The notes under the pieces: generated by a model | What the model saw: the letters and a program-made list of their open reading frames with translations, nothing else | What the model was told of the DNA's origin: nothing | Database searches by the model: none | Shown here: positions 1-7,127 of the stretch, in pieces | Numbering within the stretch: position 1 is the stretch's first letter | Layout: every line of letters begins with the position of its first letter | Position numbers and translations under genes: made by a program | IMG/VR virus record: IMGVR_UViG_3300029039_000040 | DNA: 12,461 nt | Direction: 5' to 3' (one strand) | From: a virus

Positions 1-237
1 ACAGTAGGCCGTATTTTAGGCTTTGACGTTGTAGTAGACGACTACGTAGCCGATAACGTTTGTTACTTTGGTAACTTTAGCTACTTAGGTTACAACCTGC
101 CTAACGGCATTGCAGTAGAAAGCTCTACACAGTCAAGCTTTAAGAGTGGCAAGGTTGACTATAGAGGCATGGCTATTGCTGATACGCAGGTTATCGTACC
201 AGAGGCATTTATTAAGCTTAGCGTAGCTACTGCCTAA
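1..237 (+). CDS. Major capsid protein, HK97 fold, C-terminal 78 codons. This is the continuation of the ORF starting at 11370 across the circular junction.
   Basis: Frame 1 is open from nt 1 to TAA at 235-237. Positions 1..99 are identical to 12363..12461 and in frame with ORF 11370..12461 (1092 nt = 364 codons). The C-terminus GRILGFDVVVDDYVADNVCYFGNFSYLGYNLPNGIAVE... is typical of HK97-family capsid proteins. Confidence 0.85.
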   Translation, partial: TVGRILGFDVVVDDYVADNVCYFGNFSYLGYNLPNGIAVESSTQSSFKSGKVDYRGMAIADTQVIVPEAFIKLSVATA

Positions 238-255
238 TAGAGAGGAGGCTAAAGC

Positions 256-543
256 ATGCTAACAATAGAAAAGGCCAGGGAATGGCTAAGACTGGACAAT
301 AGCGACAACGACGCTATTATTAGCGGGCTTATGGACAGTGCTGTAGAGTATATTACTCTTACTACAGGCCTAAGCGAGGCAGACCAGGTAAAAAGCACTT
401 TAGCCGAAACAGCCCAGAAATTTTTACTCACGCTGTGGTATGACCCGCAGACAGCGGAAACAGACCGCCTACAGCGAACTATAGACAATTTGCTTAAGGC
501 TATCACGACAACGCAGTTAGGTAATACTACAAACGGAGGCTAA
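256..543 (+). CDS. Phage gp6-like head-tail connector (adaptor) protein
   Basis: 95 aa. N-terminus LTIEKAREWLRLDNSDNDAIISGLMDSAVEYITLTTG ... LLTLWYD matches the gp6-like head-tail connector family (LEEVKxHLRIDHDDEDxLI...AxEYIE..TG...LLVxHWYENRE). RBS agaggaggct sits 6 nt upstream. The gene follows the capsid gene directly. Confidence 0.75.
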   Translation: MLTIEKAREWLRLDNSDNDAIISGLMDSAVEYITLTTGLSEADQVKSTLAETAQKFLLTLWYDPQTAETDRLQRTIDNLLKAITTTQLGNTTNGG

Positions 544-546
544 CTT

Positions 547-837
547 ATGAAAGACTATGCAAAAGGGTTTTATACAAGTAAAGCCTGGAGGGACACCCAA
601 AAGGCCTACATGCTTAGCAAAAACTATATATGTGAGCGTTGCGGGCGTCCTGCCTGCATAGTCCACCATAAGAAATATATAACGCCTTATAACATTACAG
701 ACCCTAATATAACGCTTAACTGGGATAACTTAGAGGCATTGTGTAGGACATGCCACCAGAACGAGCATTTTATTACAGGGCGTGTAACAGCTAAAGGCGT
801 GGGTTTTGATGAAGATGGCAACTTAATAAAGCTATAG
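547..837 (+). CDS. HNH endonuclease (phage packaging-associated HNH)
   Basis: 96 aa with FYTSKAWRDTQKAYMLSKNYICERCG...CIVHHKKYI...NLEALCRTCHQNEH. The Cx2C...HH...Cx2CH HNH motif and FYxSxxW leader are typical of HNH proteins encoded next to terS/terL in cos phages. RBS GGAGG upstream. Confidence 0.88.
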   Translation: MKDYAKGFYTSKAWRDTQKAYMLSKNYICERCGRPACIVHHKKYITPYNITDPNITLNWDNLEALCRTCHQNEHFITGRVTAKGVGFDEDGNLIKL

Positions 838-854
838 CAATTAATTGTTATAGC
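831..854. repeat. Near-perfect 24-bp palindrome GCTATAGCAATTAATTGTTATAGC overlapping the HNH stop codon
   Basis: Matches its reverse complement at 22/24 positions, centred on AATTAATT. The half-site GCTATRGCAATTAAT recurs at 1114..1128. Confidence 0.6.
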
Positions 855-1264
855 CGTGCACTATAGGTACTTGCAGAAGTGTATTATATGCAAACCAAAC
901 TTTATAAGATTGCGTATAGCAGGGTGCGTAGTCTTGCGGTTTTTACGTTTCACCGTTCAATGGGTTCATAGGCAAGCATATACAAGCCAACGAGTACAAA
1001 GTACAAGTATTAAAAGGCAACCTGTACAGGGCACGGACGCTTTAAAGCAAAGCCAGACACTTACTGTCCCCTAAACCGGTAAACTGGCTAAGCTTGAGTA
1101 TTTATAGTGTACAGCTATGGCAATTAATACCCCCCTAGTCGCAAAGACAAGCGGGCAAGAAGTAATCAAACGCCCACCATAATAAAACCTCTCTAGGGTT
1201 TTTATATGGAGGGGGGGTTACTAATAACAATGTAAACAAATAAACAAAGTTAGGAGGTTATAGC
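838..1264. other. 427-bp non-coding region between HNH and terS; candidate cos / packaging-initiation region
   Basis: No credible ORF; the predicted 856..1074 ORF has no RBS. It contains C6 (1130..1135) and G7 (1211..1217) tracts, direct repeats (GTACAA x2; GCTATRGCAATTAAT at 831 and 1114) and an A/T stem-loop AAAACCtctctaGGGTTTTT (1183..1202). In HNH plus P27-TerS plus Terminase_1 phages the cos site lies between the HNH and terS genes. Confidence 0.4.
1230..1243 (+). promoter_or_regulatory. Conserved leader motif ATGTAAACAAATAA, copy 1 (35 nt upstream of the terS start)
   Basis: The 14-mer ATGTAAACAAATAA is shared with 9251..9264. The core ATGTAAACA also occurs at 3943 and 9368, each time in an operon leader. 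Confidence 0.4.
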
Positions 1265-1612
1265 GTGGACTTTGACAAAGATAAAGTTATTAACGCAGAA
1301 AAGCGTAAACTTAAAAAACTTATAAAGACTGTGCCAGCAGACAAGACCACTATAGCTAATAGCCTTGTGACTGAACTAGCTTTTATGGCTGGTACACTGG
1401 CAGAACTACGCCAGCATATCAACGACGAGGGAGCTATAGAGCACTTTAAACAGGGCAAACAAGAGTTTTTTAGAGAGAGCCCAGCACTAAAAAGCTACAA
1501 CATGACTATTAACCGTTACGGCCAGATATACAAACAGCTTAACGACCTTATGCCAAAAGCAGACCCTAAAGCCCAGGAGAGCGAGCTTTTAGACTTCCTA
1601 AATGAGGGCTAA
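1265..1612 (+). CDS. terS: Terminase small subunit, P27 family
   Basis: 115 aa with a GTG start and RBS taggaggtta 7 nt upstream. SLVTELAFMAGTLAELRQHINDEGAI...KQ....NPALKSYNMTINRYGQIYKQL matches the P27-family small terminase pattern (LV..YC.AY....EA...I...G........NP......LA.E.GLTP). It lies immediately upstream of terL with a 3-nt gap. Confidence 0.8.
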   Translation: MDFDKDKVINAEKRKLKKLIKTVPADKTTIANSLVTELAFMAGTLAELRQHINDEGAIEHFKQGKQEFFRESPALKSYNMTINRYGQIYKQLNDLMPKADPKAQESELLDFLNEG

Positions 1613-1615
1613 TAC

Positions 1616-3256
1616 ATGAACTACGTAACAGAGTATGTAAAGCAGATAGAGGCGGGCAATATCATTACCAGCAAGAGGGTTTATAAGCAATATAAAAAGC
1701 TTGCAGAGGAAATAGCAAACCCTGGGCAGTATATTTTTGACGAAAAAAAGGCTAACAGGCCTGTAGAGTTTATAGAGCGTTTTTGTAAGCACAGTAAGGG
1801 AGAATGGGCGGGGCAACCTGTACGCCTGGAACTATTCCAAAAGGCCTACATTAACGCTCTTTTTGGCTTTGTAGACAAAGAAACAGGCTACAGGAGATAT
1901 AAAGAAAGCTTTTTCATGGTAGCCCGTAAAAACGGCAAAAGTACCATGTTAGCGGGCTTAGCCCTGTATATGCTACTGGGAGACAAAGAGCCAGGGGCAG
2001 AGGTATACAGCACGGCGACAAAAAAAGACCAGGCTAAAATAGTATTTGACGAAACTTGTCACATGGTACAGCAAAGCCCAGAGCTTAAGAAATTCATAAA
2101 AAAGCGTAAGAGTGACCTTTATTTTAGCCTTGCTATGTCTAAGTTTATGCCACTGGGTAAGAACAGCGACACCTTAGACGGCCTAAATAGCCATTGTGTT
2201 ATTATGGACGAGTTACACAGCGTAAAAGACCGTAACTTATACGAGGTTATGAAACAATCACAGAGCGCAAGACGCCAGCCACTGCTTATTATGATAACGA
2301 CAGCGGGAACGGTTAGAGAGTGTATTTTTGACGATATTTACGACTATGCCACAAAGGTAGTAGACGGCGTTATAACAGACGACACTTTTTTACCTGTTAT
2401 ATATGAGCTGGACAGTAAGGAAGAGTGGCAAGACCCTAAAGCATGGCTAAAGGCTAACCCTGGCTTAGGCAAAATTAAAAAGGTTACAGACCTTATAGAC
2501 AAGGTGGAGAGGGCAAAACAGAGCCCTAAAGACCTTACGGGAGTACTTTGTAAAGATTTTAACGTGAGGGAGACATTAAGCAACGCCTGGCTAAGCTTTG
2601 ACGACATAAACAACGAGGAAACTTTTAACCTGGAGGACTTTAGAGGGGCTTACGCAATAGGCGGGGCAGACCTAAGTATAACTACAGACCTTACTTGTGC
2701 TACTTTGCTTATGATTGACAAGGCCACGGGTAAGCGTTGCGTTACTCAAATGTACTGGTTACCTAGAGATAACTTTTATAAGCGAGTACACCAGGAAAAA
2801 ATACCTTATGACAAATGGCTAGAGCAAGGGCTACTTAGACTGTGTGAGGGCAATACCATAAAATATAGCGACGTTACGGCTTGGTTTTTAGAAATGGTAC
2901 AGGAGCACGGCATAACGCCCGCCTGGGTTTACTATGATAGCTACAGCGCCCGTTACTGGGTTGATGAAATGGAAAACTACGGCTTTAACATGGTTAGATG
3001 TATTCAAGGGGCTAAAACGCTTAGCTTGCCTATGCAGAACTTAGGGGCAGACTTGCAGGCTAAAAAGGTAATCTACAATAATAGCCCTATGCTTAAGTGG
3101 TGCTTAACTAATACAGGAGTGCAGACAGACCGCAACGGCAACATAGTACCAATTAAAAACCAGAGCCCTAAACAGCGTATAGACGGCACGGCAAGCCTAT
3201 TAGACGCTTACGTAGGCCTATACGAGCATTACACAGAGTTTATAAACGCTTTATAG
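1616..3256 (+). CDS. terL: Terminase large subunit (Terminase_1 family; ATPase plus nuclease)
   Basis: 546 aa. Contains the Walker A-like VARKNGKST, LAGLALYML...GAEVYSTATKKDQAKIVFDE, and a C-terminal nuclease region with conserved acidic residues. Classic Terminase_1 architecture. Confidence 0.95.
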   Translation: MNYVTEYVKQIEAGNIITSKRVYKQYKKLAEEIANPGQYIFDEKKANRPVEFIERFCKHSKGEWAGQPVRLELFQKAYINALFGFVDKETGYRRYKESFFMVARKNGKSTMLAGLALYMLLGDKEPGAEVYSTATKKDQAKIVFDETCHMVQQSPELKKFIKKRKSDLYFSLAMSKFMPLGKNSDTLDGLNSHCVIMDELHSVKDRNLYEVMKQSQSARRQPLLIMITTAGTVRECIFDDIYDYATKVVDGVITDDTFLPVIYELDSKEEWQDPKAWLKANPGLGKIKKVTDLIDKVERAKQSPKDLTGVLCKDFNVRETLSNAWLSFDDINNEETFNLEDFRGAYAIGGADLSITTDLTCATLLMIDKATGKRCVTQMYWLPRDNFYKRVHQEKIPYDKWLEQGLLRLCEGNTIKYSDVTAWFLEMVQEHGITPAWVYYDSYSARYWVDEMENYGFNMVRCIQGAKTLSLPMQNLGADLQAKKVIYNNSPMLKWCLTNTGVQTDRNGNIVPIKNQSPKQRIDGTASLLDAYVGLYEHYTEFINAL

Positions 3257-3268
3257 GAGGTAAAAAGC

Positions 3269-3706
3269 ATGCAGAAACTAAAAGACAAAAAAATAGTTAT
3301 TTATAAAAGCGGAACGTTTGAGGACGAGGACGGTTTTCAAACAGAGGGCTATATGCCAATACACCCACAGGCTAGCGTATGGGCTTATTTTAAACAGCTT
3401 TCGGCAAGCCTGCTTTATGCAAACAATACGACAACCACAAAAGAAGAATGTTTATTTAGGATTAACTGGACAGACGCTATATTAGCAAGCTACGCCAGCG
3501 ACTACAGAGTATACTACGACGGCCTTTTATACCAGGTAACCAGGGTAGACCCTTACGAGGGTTACAAGCGAGACCTTGCTTTATATTGCAAGCTTACGAC
3601 GGATAAATTAGGCACTATAGTACCTTACGACCCTACTAAACTGCCAACGCTTACAGATTATACTACAGCGGAATTTTTAACCAGTGTAGACCATAAGAAA
3701 CTATAA
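3269..3706 (+). CDS. Head closure / head-tail joining protein (Phage_H_T_join, SPP1 gp16 / HK97 gp7-like)
   Basis: 145 aa. KIVIYKSG.FEDEDGFQTEGYMPIHPQASVWAYFKQLS...ECLFRINWTDAI...DYRVYYDGLLYQVTRVDPYEGYKRDLALYCKL fits the head-tail joining consensus (RITIQ..DE.G..W..VWA......E....F.IRYR.DI..RI.Y.G..Y.I..V.D......L.L.C). RBS taggaggtaaaaagc upstream. Confidence 0.7.
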   Translation: MQKLKDKKIVIYKSGTFEDEDGFQTEGYMPIHPQASVWAYFKQLSASLLYANNTTTTKEECLFRINWTDAILASYASDYRVYYDGLLYQVTRVDPYEGYKRDLALYCKLTTDKLGTIVPYDPTKLPTLTDYTTAEFLTSVDHKKL

Positions 3707-3801
3707 AAGCTTTGTTTAAGGCCGTTTTTAGCCGTTTAGAGAGACTTTTAACCACAGACAATAAAAATACCTTAACACCATTAAAAAATTGATTTAAGGG
3801 A

Positions 3802-3823
3802 CATTTACGGGGCATTTACGGGG
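3802..3823. repeat. Tandem 11-mer CATTTACGGGG x2
   Basis: Two exact head-to-tail copies lying immediately 5' of the terminator stem. Confidence 0.7.
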
Positions 3824-3849
3824 CTTGCTTTTAAGGCAAGCTCTTTTTG
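3823..3849 (+). terminator. Rho-independent terminator after the packaging/head operon
   Basis: GCTTGC-ttttaag-GCAAGC stem followed by TCTTTTTGTGTTTATT. Confidence 0.65.
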
Positions 3850-3901
3850 TGTTTATTCGTTTATATATTTACATAGCCACCTTATTTTTGATTTTAAACT
3901 A

Positions 3902-3930
3902 TTGACAATTAAAAACAACGTCTTTATAAT
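3902..3930 (+). promoter_or_regulatory. Consensus sigma-A/sigma-70 promoter, TTGACA-17-TATAAT
   Basis: TTGACA at 3902..3907, a 17-nt spacer, and TATAAT at 3925..3930. The predicted transcription start is about 3937, immediately followed by the motif ACATGTAAACATG at 3941..3953. Confidence 0.8.
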
Positions 3931-3940
3931 ACAGATAGTT

Positions 3941-3953
3941 ACATGTAAACATG
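3941..3953 (+). promoter_or_regulatory. Conserved leader motif ACATGTAAACATG, copy 2, at about +4 of the consensus promoter (operator-like position)
   Basis: The 12-mer ACATGTAAACAT is shared with 9366..9377. TAAACATGAAA is shared with 9294..9304. Confidence 0.45.
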
Positions 3954-3977
3954 AAAATGCAAGGAGGCAAAAAAAAC

Positions 3978-4280
3978 ATGAACGGCTACAAAATGACAGC
4001 AGACTCTTACAGAACATTAAGAGGCAATAGCAAATTAGACCAGGCAGACGTAGAAAGCAACATAAAAGTACTAGACTTCTTAGCAACATGCACACAAGAA
4101 GATATTTACAATTTGTTTAATAGTACTGCATTTAACTATATCTGTTTAGGATACGTAGAAATGGCATTAAACGACTTTAAAGAGCTGGACGACGACACAA
4201 AAGACAGAATAAATAACCATGTACGGGCTATGTTTGACGAGAAAAACGCAAAACAAGCCGAAAATTATTGCAAAGGTTAG
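3978..4280 (+). CDS. Hypothetical protein (100 aa), first gene of the maintenance operon
   Basis: ATG at 3978 with RBS aaggaggc 8 nt upstream. The longer 3951 start would put the RBS inside the ORF. No recognisable motifs. Confidence 0.5.
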   Translation: MNGYKMTADSYRTLRGNSKLDQADVESNIKVLDFLATCTQEDIYNLFNSTAFNYICLGYVEMALNDFKELDDDTKDRINNHVRAMFDEKNAKQAENYCKG

Positions 4281-4292
4281 GGAGGTGGAAAC

Positions 4293-5054
4293 ATGAAAAC
4301 AATAGCCATAGTAAACCAAAAGGGAGGCGTAGGAAAAACAACCAGCACTATAAACATAGGGGCAGGCCTGCATAATAAAGGCTACAAGGTGCTTTTAGTG
4401 GACTTAGACCCACAGGCCAGCTTAACTATAAGCCTGGGCATTAAAGCCAACGAAATAGACAACACAGTAAGCGAGGTAATAACGGGAGCCTGCAAGCCCC
4501 AGGAGGCAATTATAAGCAAAGGCTACGACGTTCTACCCGCCGACTTGAGGCTAACAGTAGCAGAGAAAAACATAGCAGACCAGCCAGGCAGGGAGTTTTT
4601 ATTAAAAGAGGCCTTAGAGGAAATAAAAGAGGGCTACGACTACATTCTAATAGACAATAGCCCCAGCTTAGGAGTTTTAACTCTTAACGGCCTTACGGCG
4701 TGCGACGAGGTTTTTATACCAACACAAGCGGAATATTTAGCCCTGGCGGGATTAACAGCCCTGCTTAACACTATAAACACTATAAAAAAACGCCTTAACC
4801 CTGGCATAGAGGTAACAGGCGTAATAGTGACCTTATACGACGGACGTAAAAACCTTAGCAAGGACATTTTGACAAAGTTAGACAAACTTTTTAACGGCAA
4901 AGTCTTTGCTACTAAAGTACGCAATAACGTAGCCTTAGCCGAGGCACCTATAAACGGGGTAGACATTTACAGATACAACAATAAAAGCAACGGGGCTAAG
5001 GATTATAACGGCATTGTGGACGAAATTATAGAGAGAATAGGAGGCATAAACTAA
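4293..5054 (+). CDS. parA: ParA/Soj-family partition ATPase (type Ib size, 253 aa)
   Basis: [26 protein letters not shown] (deviant Walker A KGGxxK[ST]), [19 protein letters not shown] (Walker B). RBS gggaggtgg upstream. Confidence 0.95.
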   Translation: MKTIAIVNQKGGVGKTTSTINIGAGLHNKGYKVLLVDLDPQASLTISLGIKANEIDNTVSEVITGACKPQEAIISKGYDVLPADLRLTVAEKNIADQPGREFLLKEALEEIKEGYDYILIDNSPSLGVLTLNGLTACDEVFIPTQAEYLALAGLTALLNTINTIKKRLNPGIEVTGVIVTLYDGRKNLSKDILTKLDKLFNGKVFATKVRNNVALAEAPINGVDIYRYNNKSNGAKDYNGIVDEIIERIGGIN

Positions 5055-5368
5055 TGGCTAATAAAAGAAACTACACGGCTGGAGCACTTGAGGAGCTTAT
5101 AAACGGGGTGCAAAACAACGAAAAGCCAGGGCATACGGTCAGCGGTGCTAAAAAAGGACGCCCAGCAAAGCACACAACACCTAAAGAGAAGTCAAGCGAG
5201 GCAGGGCTACCAGACGAGCTTACAAGGGCTACGTTTATTGTAAAAAAAGAGCTTTTAGAAAAGCTTAAAGGCTATGCCTTTTTTGAGGGTATGAGCTTAA
5301 AAGACACTATAAACGAGTGCTTAGAGCAGTATTTAGACGGCAAAGAAATTGCACAGCGAAAAAAATAG
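5054..5368 (+). CDS. Ribbon-helix-helix partition/centromere-binding protein (ParG/omega-like partner of ParA)
   Basis: 104 aa. The TAATG overlap with parA suggests translational coupling. The N-terminal half is basic and low-complexity (GAKKGRPAKHTTPKEK). The C-terminus TRATFIVKKELLEKLKGYAFFEGMSLKDTINECLEQYL has a beta-alpha-alpha RHH pattern. This is the usual arrangement of type Ib ParA partners. Confidence 0.55.
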   Translation: MANKRNYTAGALEELINGVQNNEKPGHTVSGAKKGRPAKHTTPKEKSSEAGLPDELTRATFIVKKELLEKLKGYAFFEGMSLKDTINECLEQYLDGKEIAQRKK

Positions 5369-5383
5369 GGAGGCTTAAACACC

Positions 5384-5578
5384 ATGATTAAAATAGGCGA
5401 TACTACAGCATACGACGTACAGGAAGTAGCAGAGGCCTTTAATATAACTACTGCAACCGTACGAACATACATCAAAGAGGGCAAGCTTAAGGGTGCTAGG
5501 TTCGGTAAACGTTACTACATGACAGAGCAAGCCATAAAAGACTATTTAGAGACCCTACAAAAGCCTAAAGAGCAGTAA
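5384..5578 (+). CDS. Small HTH DNA-binding protein, excisionase/MerR-like (HTH_17; AlpA/Xis-like regulator)
   Basis: 64 aa. YDVQEVAEAFNITTATVRTYIKEGKLKGARFGKRYYMTEQAIKDYLE is a typical HTH_17 winged helix. RBS tagggaggc upstream. No integrase is present in the replicon, so a regulatory role is more likely than excision. Confidence 0.6.
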   Translation: MIKIGDTTAYDVQEVAEAFNITTATVRTYIKEGKLKGARFGKRYYMTEQAIKDYLETLQKPKEQ

Positions 5579-5590
5579 GGGGGTAACGTA

Positions 5591-6883
5591 ATGACAGAAA
5601 AGCTAAAAGAGCAAATAATAAAAGACTTGGAATTTATAGACGAGACCCAAGAAAGCTACAAGGTGCTAAAATTTGTAAGTGATAAAGTATTGAACGACAC
5701 CAGAATACCTAAAGACGAAAAAGCATTTGTTTCAGCAAGAATTATACAAATGTACGCCCACGAGGAAAACACAGAGGGCGAGACGTTAGACGACTTTATT
5801 CCAAGGTACGAGGGCTATTTAGCTAAGGCTATGGACTTTTATAGCATTGAGCCAAAAAGCTACAGGACAAAAGCAAAAGCTGGAGGCCTGGACGAGATAC
5901 CTACAAGCCTTGCGTTTCCTACTATGGCTAAATATCAATACAGCATAGGCTTACACAACGAGGGCGACGCCTATATACAGCCTTTAACGAGTACAGACGG
6001 CCTAAGCTTTGACGACGGCAAAATGTTTTTTGCAAACAACCGTATAAAACAGATTAGCGAGGTAGAGCTACAGAACATGAAAACCAAAGAGGGCATAGAC
6101 ACAATAGACTTGCCTTTATTGAGGACTTTTTACAGCATTATTTTTAATGCTTTTCAAAAGACTAACTACCAGCAGGTAAAGCCTGTAATTACTCTATACG
6201 TGCCAGAGCTTGCTAAATATTTAGGTTTACGCAAAAGCGGGCTTAGCCGAGAGGATATAACTAACATTATCATTAAAACACAAGCTTTTCATAACATAGT
6301 AGGCATACAGCAAGGCACAAGGAACGGCAAGCCAGTACAGAGTATTTACCCAGTGTTAAACTTTGAGGGCTATAACGAGGATAATAACACAATCAGCATA
6401 AGTAGCCCTTACTTTAACAACCTTATAAGGACACTGTACGACATAGCAGTAAAAAAAGACAAAGACGGCAAGCCTAAAATAAAGCGAAACGGTAACCCTA
6501 CCTTTGCTTTACCTATGAATAGCTATTTAGTACATAGCGACATAGTAAAAGAGCGTAACAAGGTAGCAGTAGAGAACGTTTTTATAATCGTGGCACTGAT
6601 TGAGCAGGCAGGCAACAATATACCCAGGATAAAGGCCAGCACAATAGTAGAGCGTAACGTACAGCTACAGGAACGCTTAAGCAACCACGCTAAGCCTAAT
6701 TTACTATTAAGCAGAACGTTTAAGAAAACCTGGGAACTATTGAGGAATAAAACGACCTTAGGGCAAAGCTATTGCAACATACAGCTACCAGACCCAAAAG
6801 ACCCCGCTAATATTCCAACTATGAGCACCTTAGAAACTACCGTTTTTAAGTTCCAACATGACGGTAAAATTAAGAAAAAATAA
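5591..6883 (+). CDS. Hypothetical 430-aa protein; candidate iteron-binding replication initiator (from context only)
   Basis: Clear coding signal and RBS taagggggtaacgta. No motif I can assign. It lies immediately 5' of four 22-bp iterons and an AT-rich unwinding element. The central region LPLLRTFYSIIFNAF...YVPELAKYLGLRKSGLSREDITNIIIKTQAFHNI has a winged-helix-like pattern. Confidence 0.35.
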   Translation: MTEKLKEQIIKDLEFIDETQESYKVLKFVSDKVLNDTRIPKDEKAFVSARIIQMYAHEENTEGETLDDFIPRYEGYLAKAMDFYSIEPKSYRTKAKAGGLDEIPTSLAFPTMAKYQYSIGLHNEGDAYIQPLTSTDGLSFDDGKMFFANNRIKQISEVELQNMKTKEGIDTIDLPLLRTFYSIIFNAFQKTNYQQVKPVITLYVPELAKYLGLRKSGLSREDITNIIIKTQAFHNIVGIQQGTRNGKPVQSIYPVLNFEGYNEDNNTISISSPYFNNLIRTLYDIAVKKDKDGKPKIKRNGNPTFALPMNSYLVHSDIVKERNKVAVENVFIIVALIEQAGNNIPRIKASTIVERNVQLQERLSNHAKPNLLLSRTFKKTWELLRNKTTLGQSYCNIQLPDPKDPANIPTMSTLETTVFKFQHDGKIKKK

Positions 6884-6890
6884 AAGTCTA

Positions 6891-6975
6891 AAATCACTCG
6901 GAAGTGTTCCCTAAATCACTCGGAGGCGTTCCCTAAATCACTCGGAAGTGTTCTAAAATCACTCGGAAGTGTTCC
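6891..6975. repeat. Iterons: four direct repeats AAATCACTCGGAAGTGTTCC with 22-bp periodicity
   Basis: Copies at 6891, 6913 (AAATCACTCGGAGGCGTTCC), 6935 (..GTTCT) and 6956/6957. Each holds an internal CACT..AGTG dyad. They are contiguous with no unique spacers. Confidence 0.85.
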
Positions 6976-7032
6976 GACCGAAACGCAAAAACCCTTTATT
7001 TATGCGGTTTTTTGGCATTTTCAAAAGCCTAA

Positions 7033-7095
7033 TATTTAAATACTTTTAGTATTTTAAATACCAACGGCAGGGCTAAACTTTAGCCCGCCCTGCCT
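7033..7095. promoter_or_regulatory. Origin-like elements: AT-rich inverted repeat (7033..7060) and GC-rich hairpin (7067..7095)
   Basis: TATTTAAATACT-ttt-AGTATTTTAAATA (12-bp arms) and GGCAGGGCTAAAcTTTAGCCCGCCCTGCC (8-bp arms, no U-tract). They lie between the iterons and the primase-helicase operon. Confidence 0.5.
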
Positions 7096-7127
7096 GTGAT
7101 AAAAATAAACAAGGAGGATATAAAAAA

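Noticed and set aside
1-99. Terminal repeat as an att site, LTR or phage direct terminal repeat
   Set aside because: It lies inside the capsid ORF, which reads through in frame. This is simplest explained as a circular-assembly overlap.
856-1074. 72-aa + strand ORF inside the HNH-terS intergenic region
   Set aside because: It has no Shine-Dalgarno sequence, while every real gene here has a strong one. It sits in a repeat- and palindrome-rich region and its composition is atypical, being Cys- and Arg-rich. More likely this is non-coding cos or regulatory DNA.
838-1264. tRNA or other structured RNA gene in the long intergenic region
   Set aside because: I could not recognise a cloverleaf, a T-loop GGTTCGANTCC with matching acceptor stem, or another defined ncRNA signature. 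It is left as a candidate cos region.
3951-3977. Upstream ATG (3951) for the first maintenance-operon gene
   Set aside because: Using it would place the AAGGAGG RBS inside the coding sequence. ATG 3978 has ideal RBS spacing.
6891-6975. Possible CRISPR array
   Set aside because: The repeats are contiguous with a 22-bp period and no unique spacers. They are iterons, not CRISPR repeats.
7012-7040. Sigma-A promoter for the 72-aa/primase-helicase operon (TTGGCA ... TAATAT)
   Set aside because: The spacer is only about 12 nt. No convincing -35/-10 pair with 16-18 nt spacing was found, so no promoter is called there.
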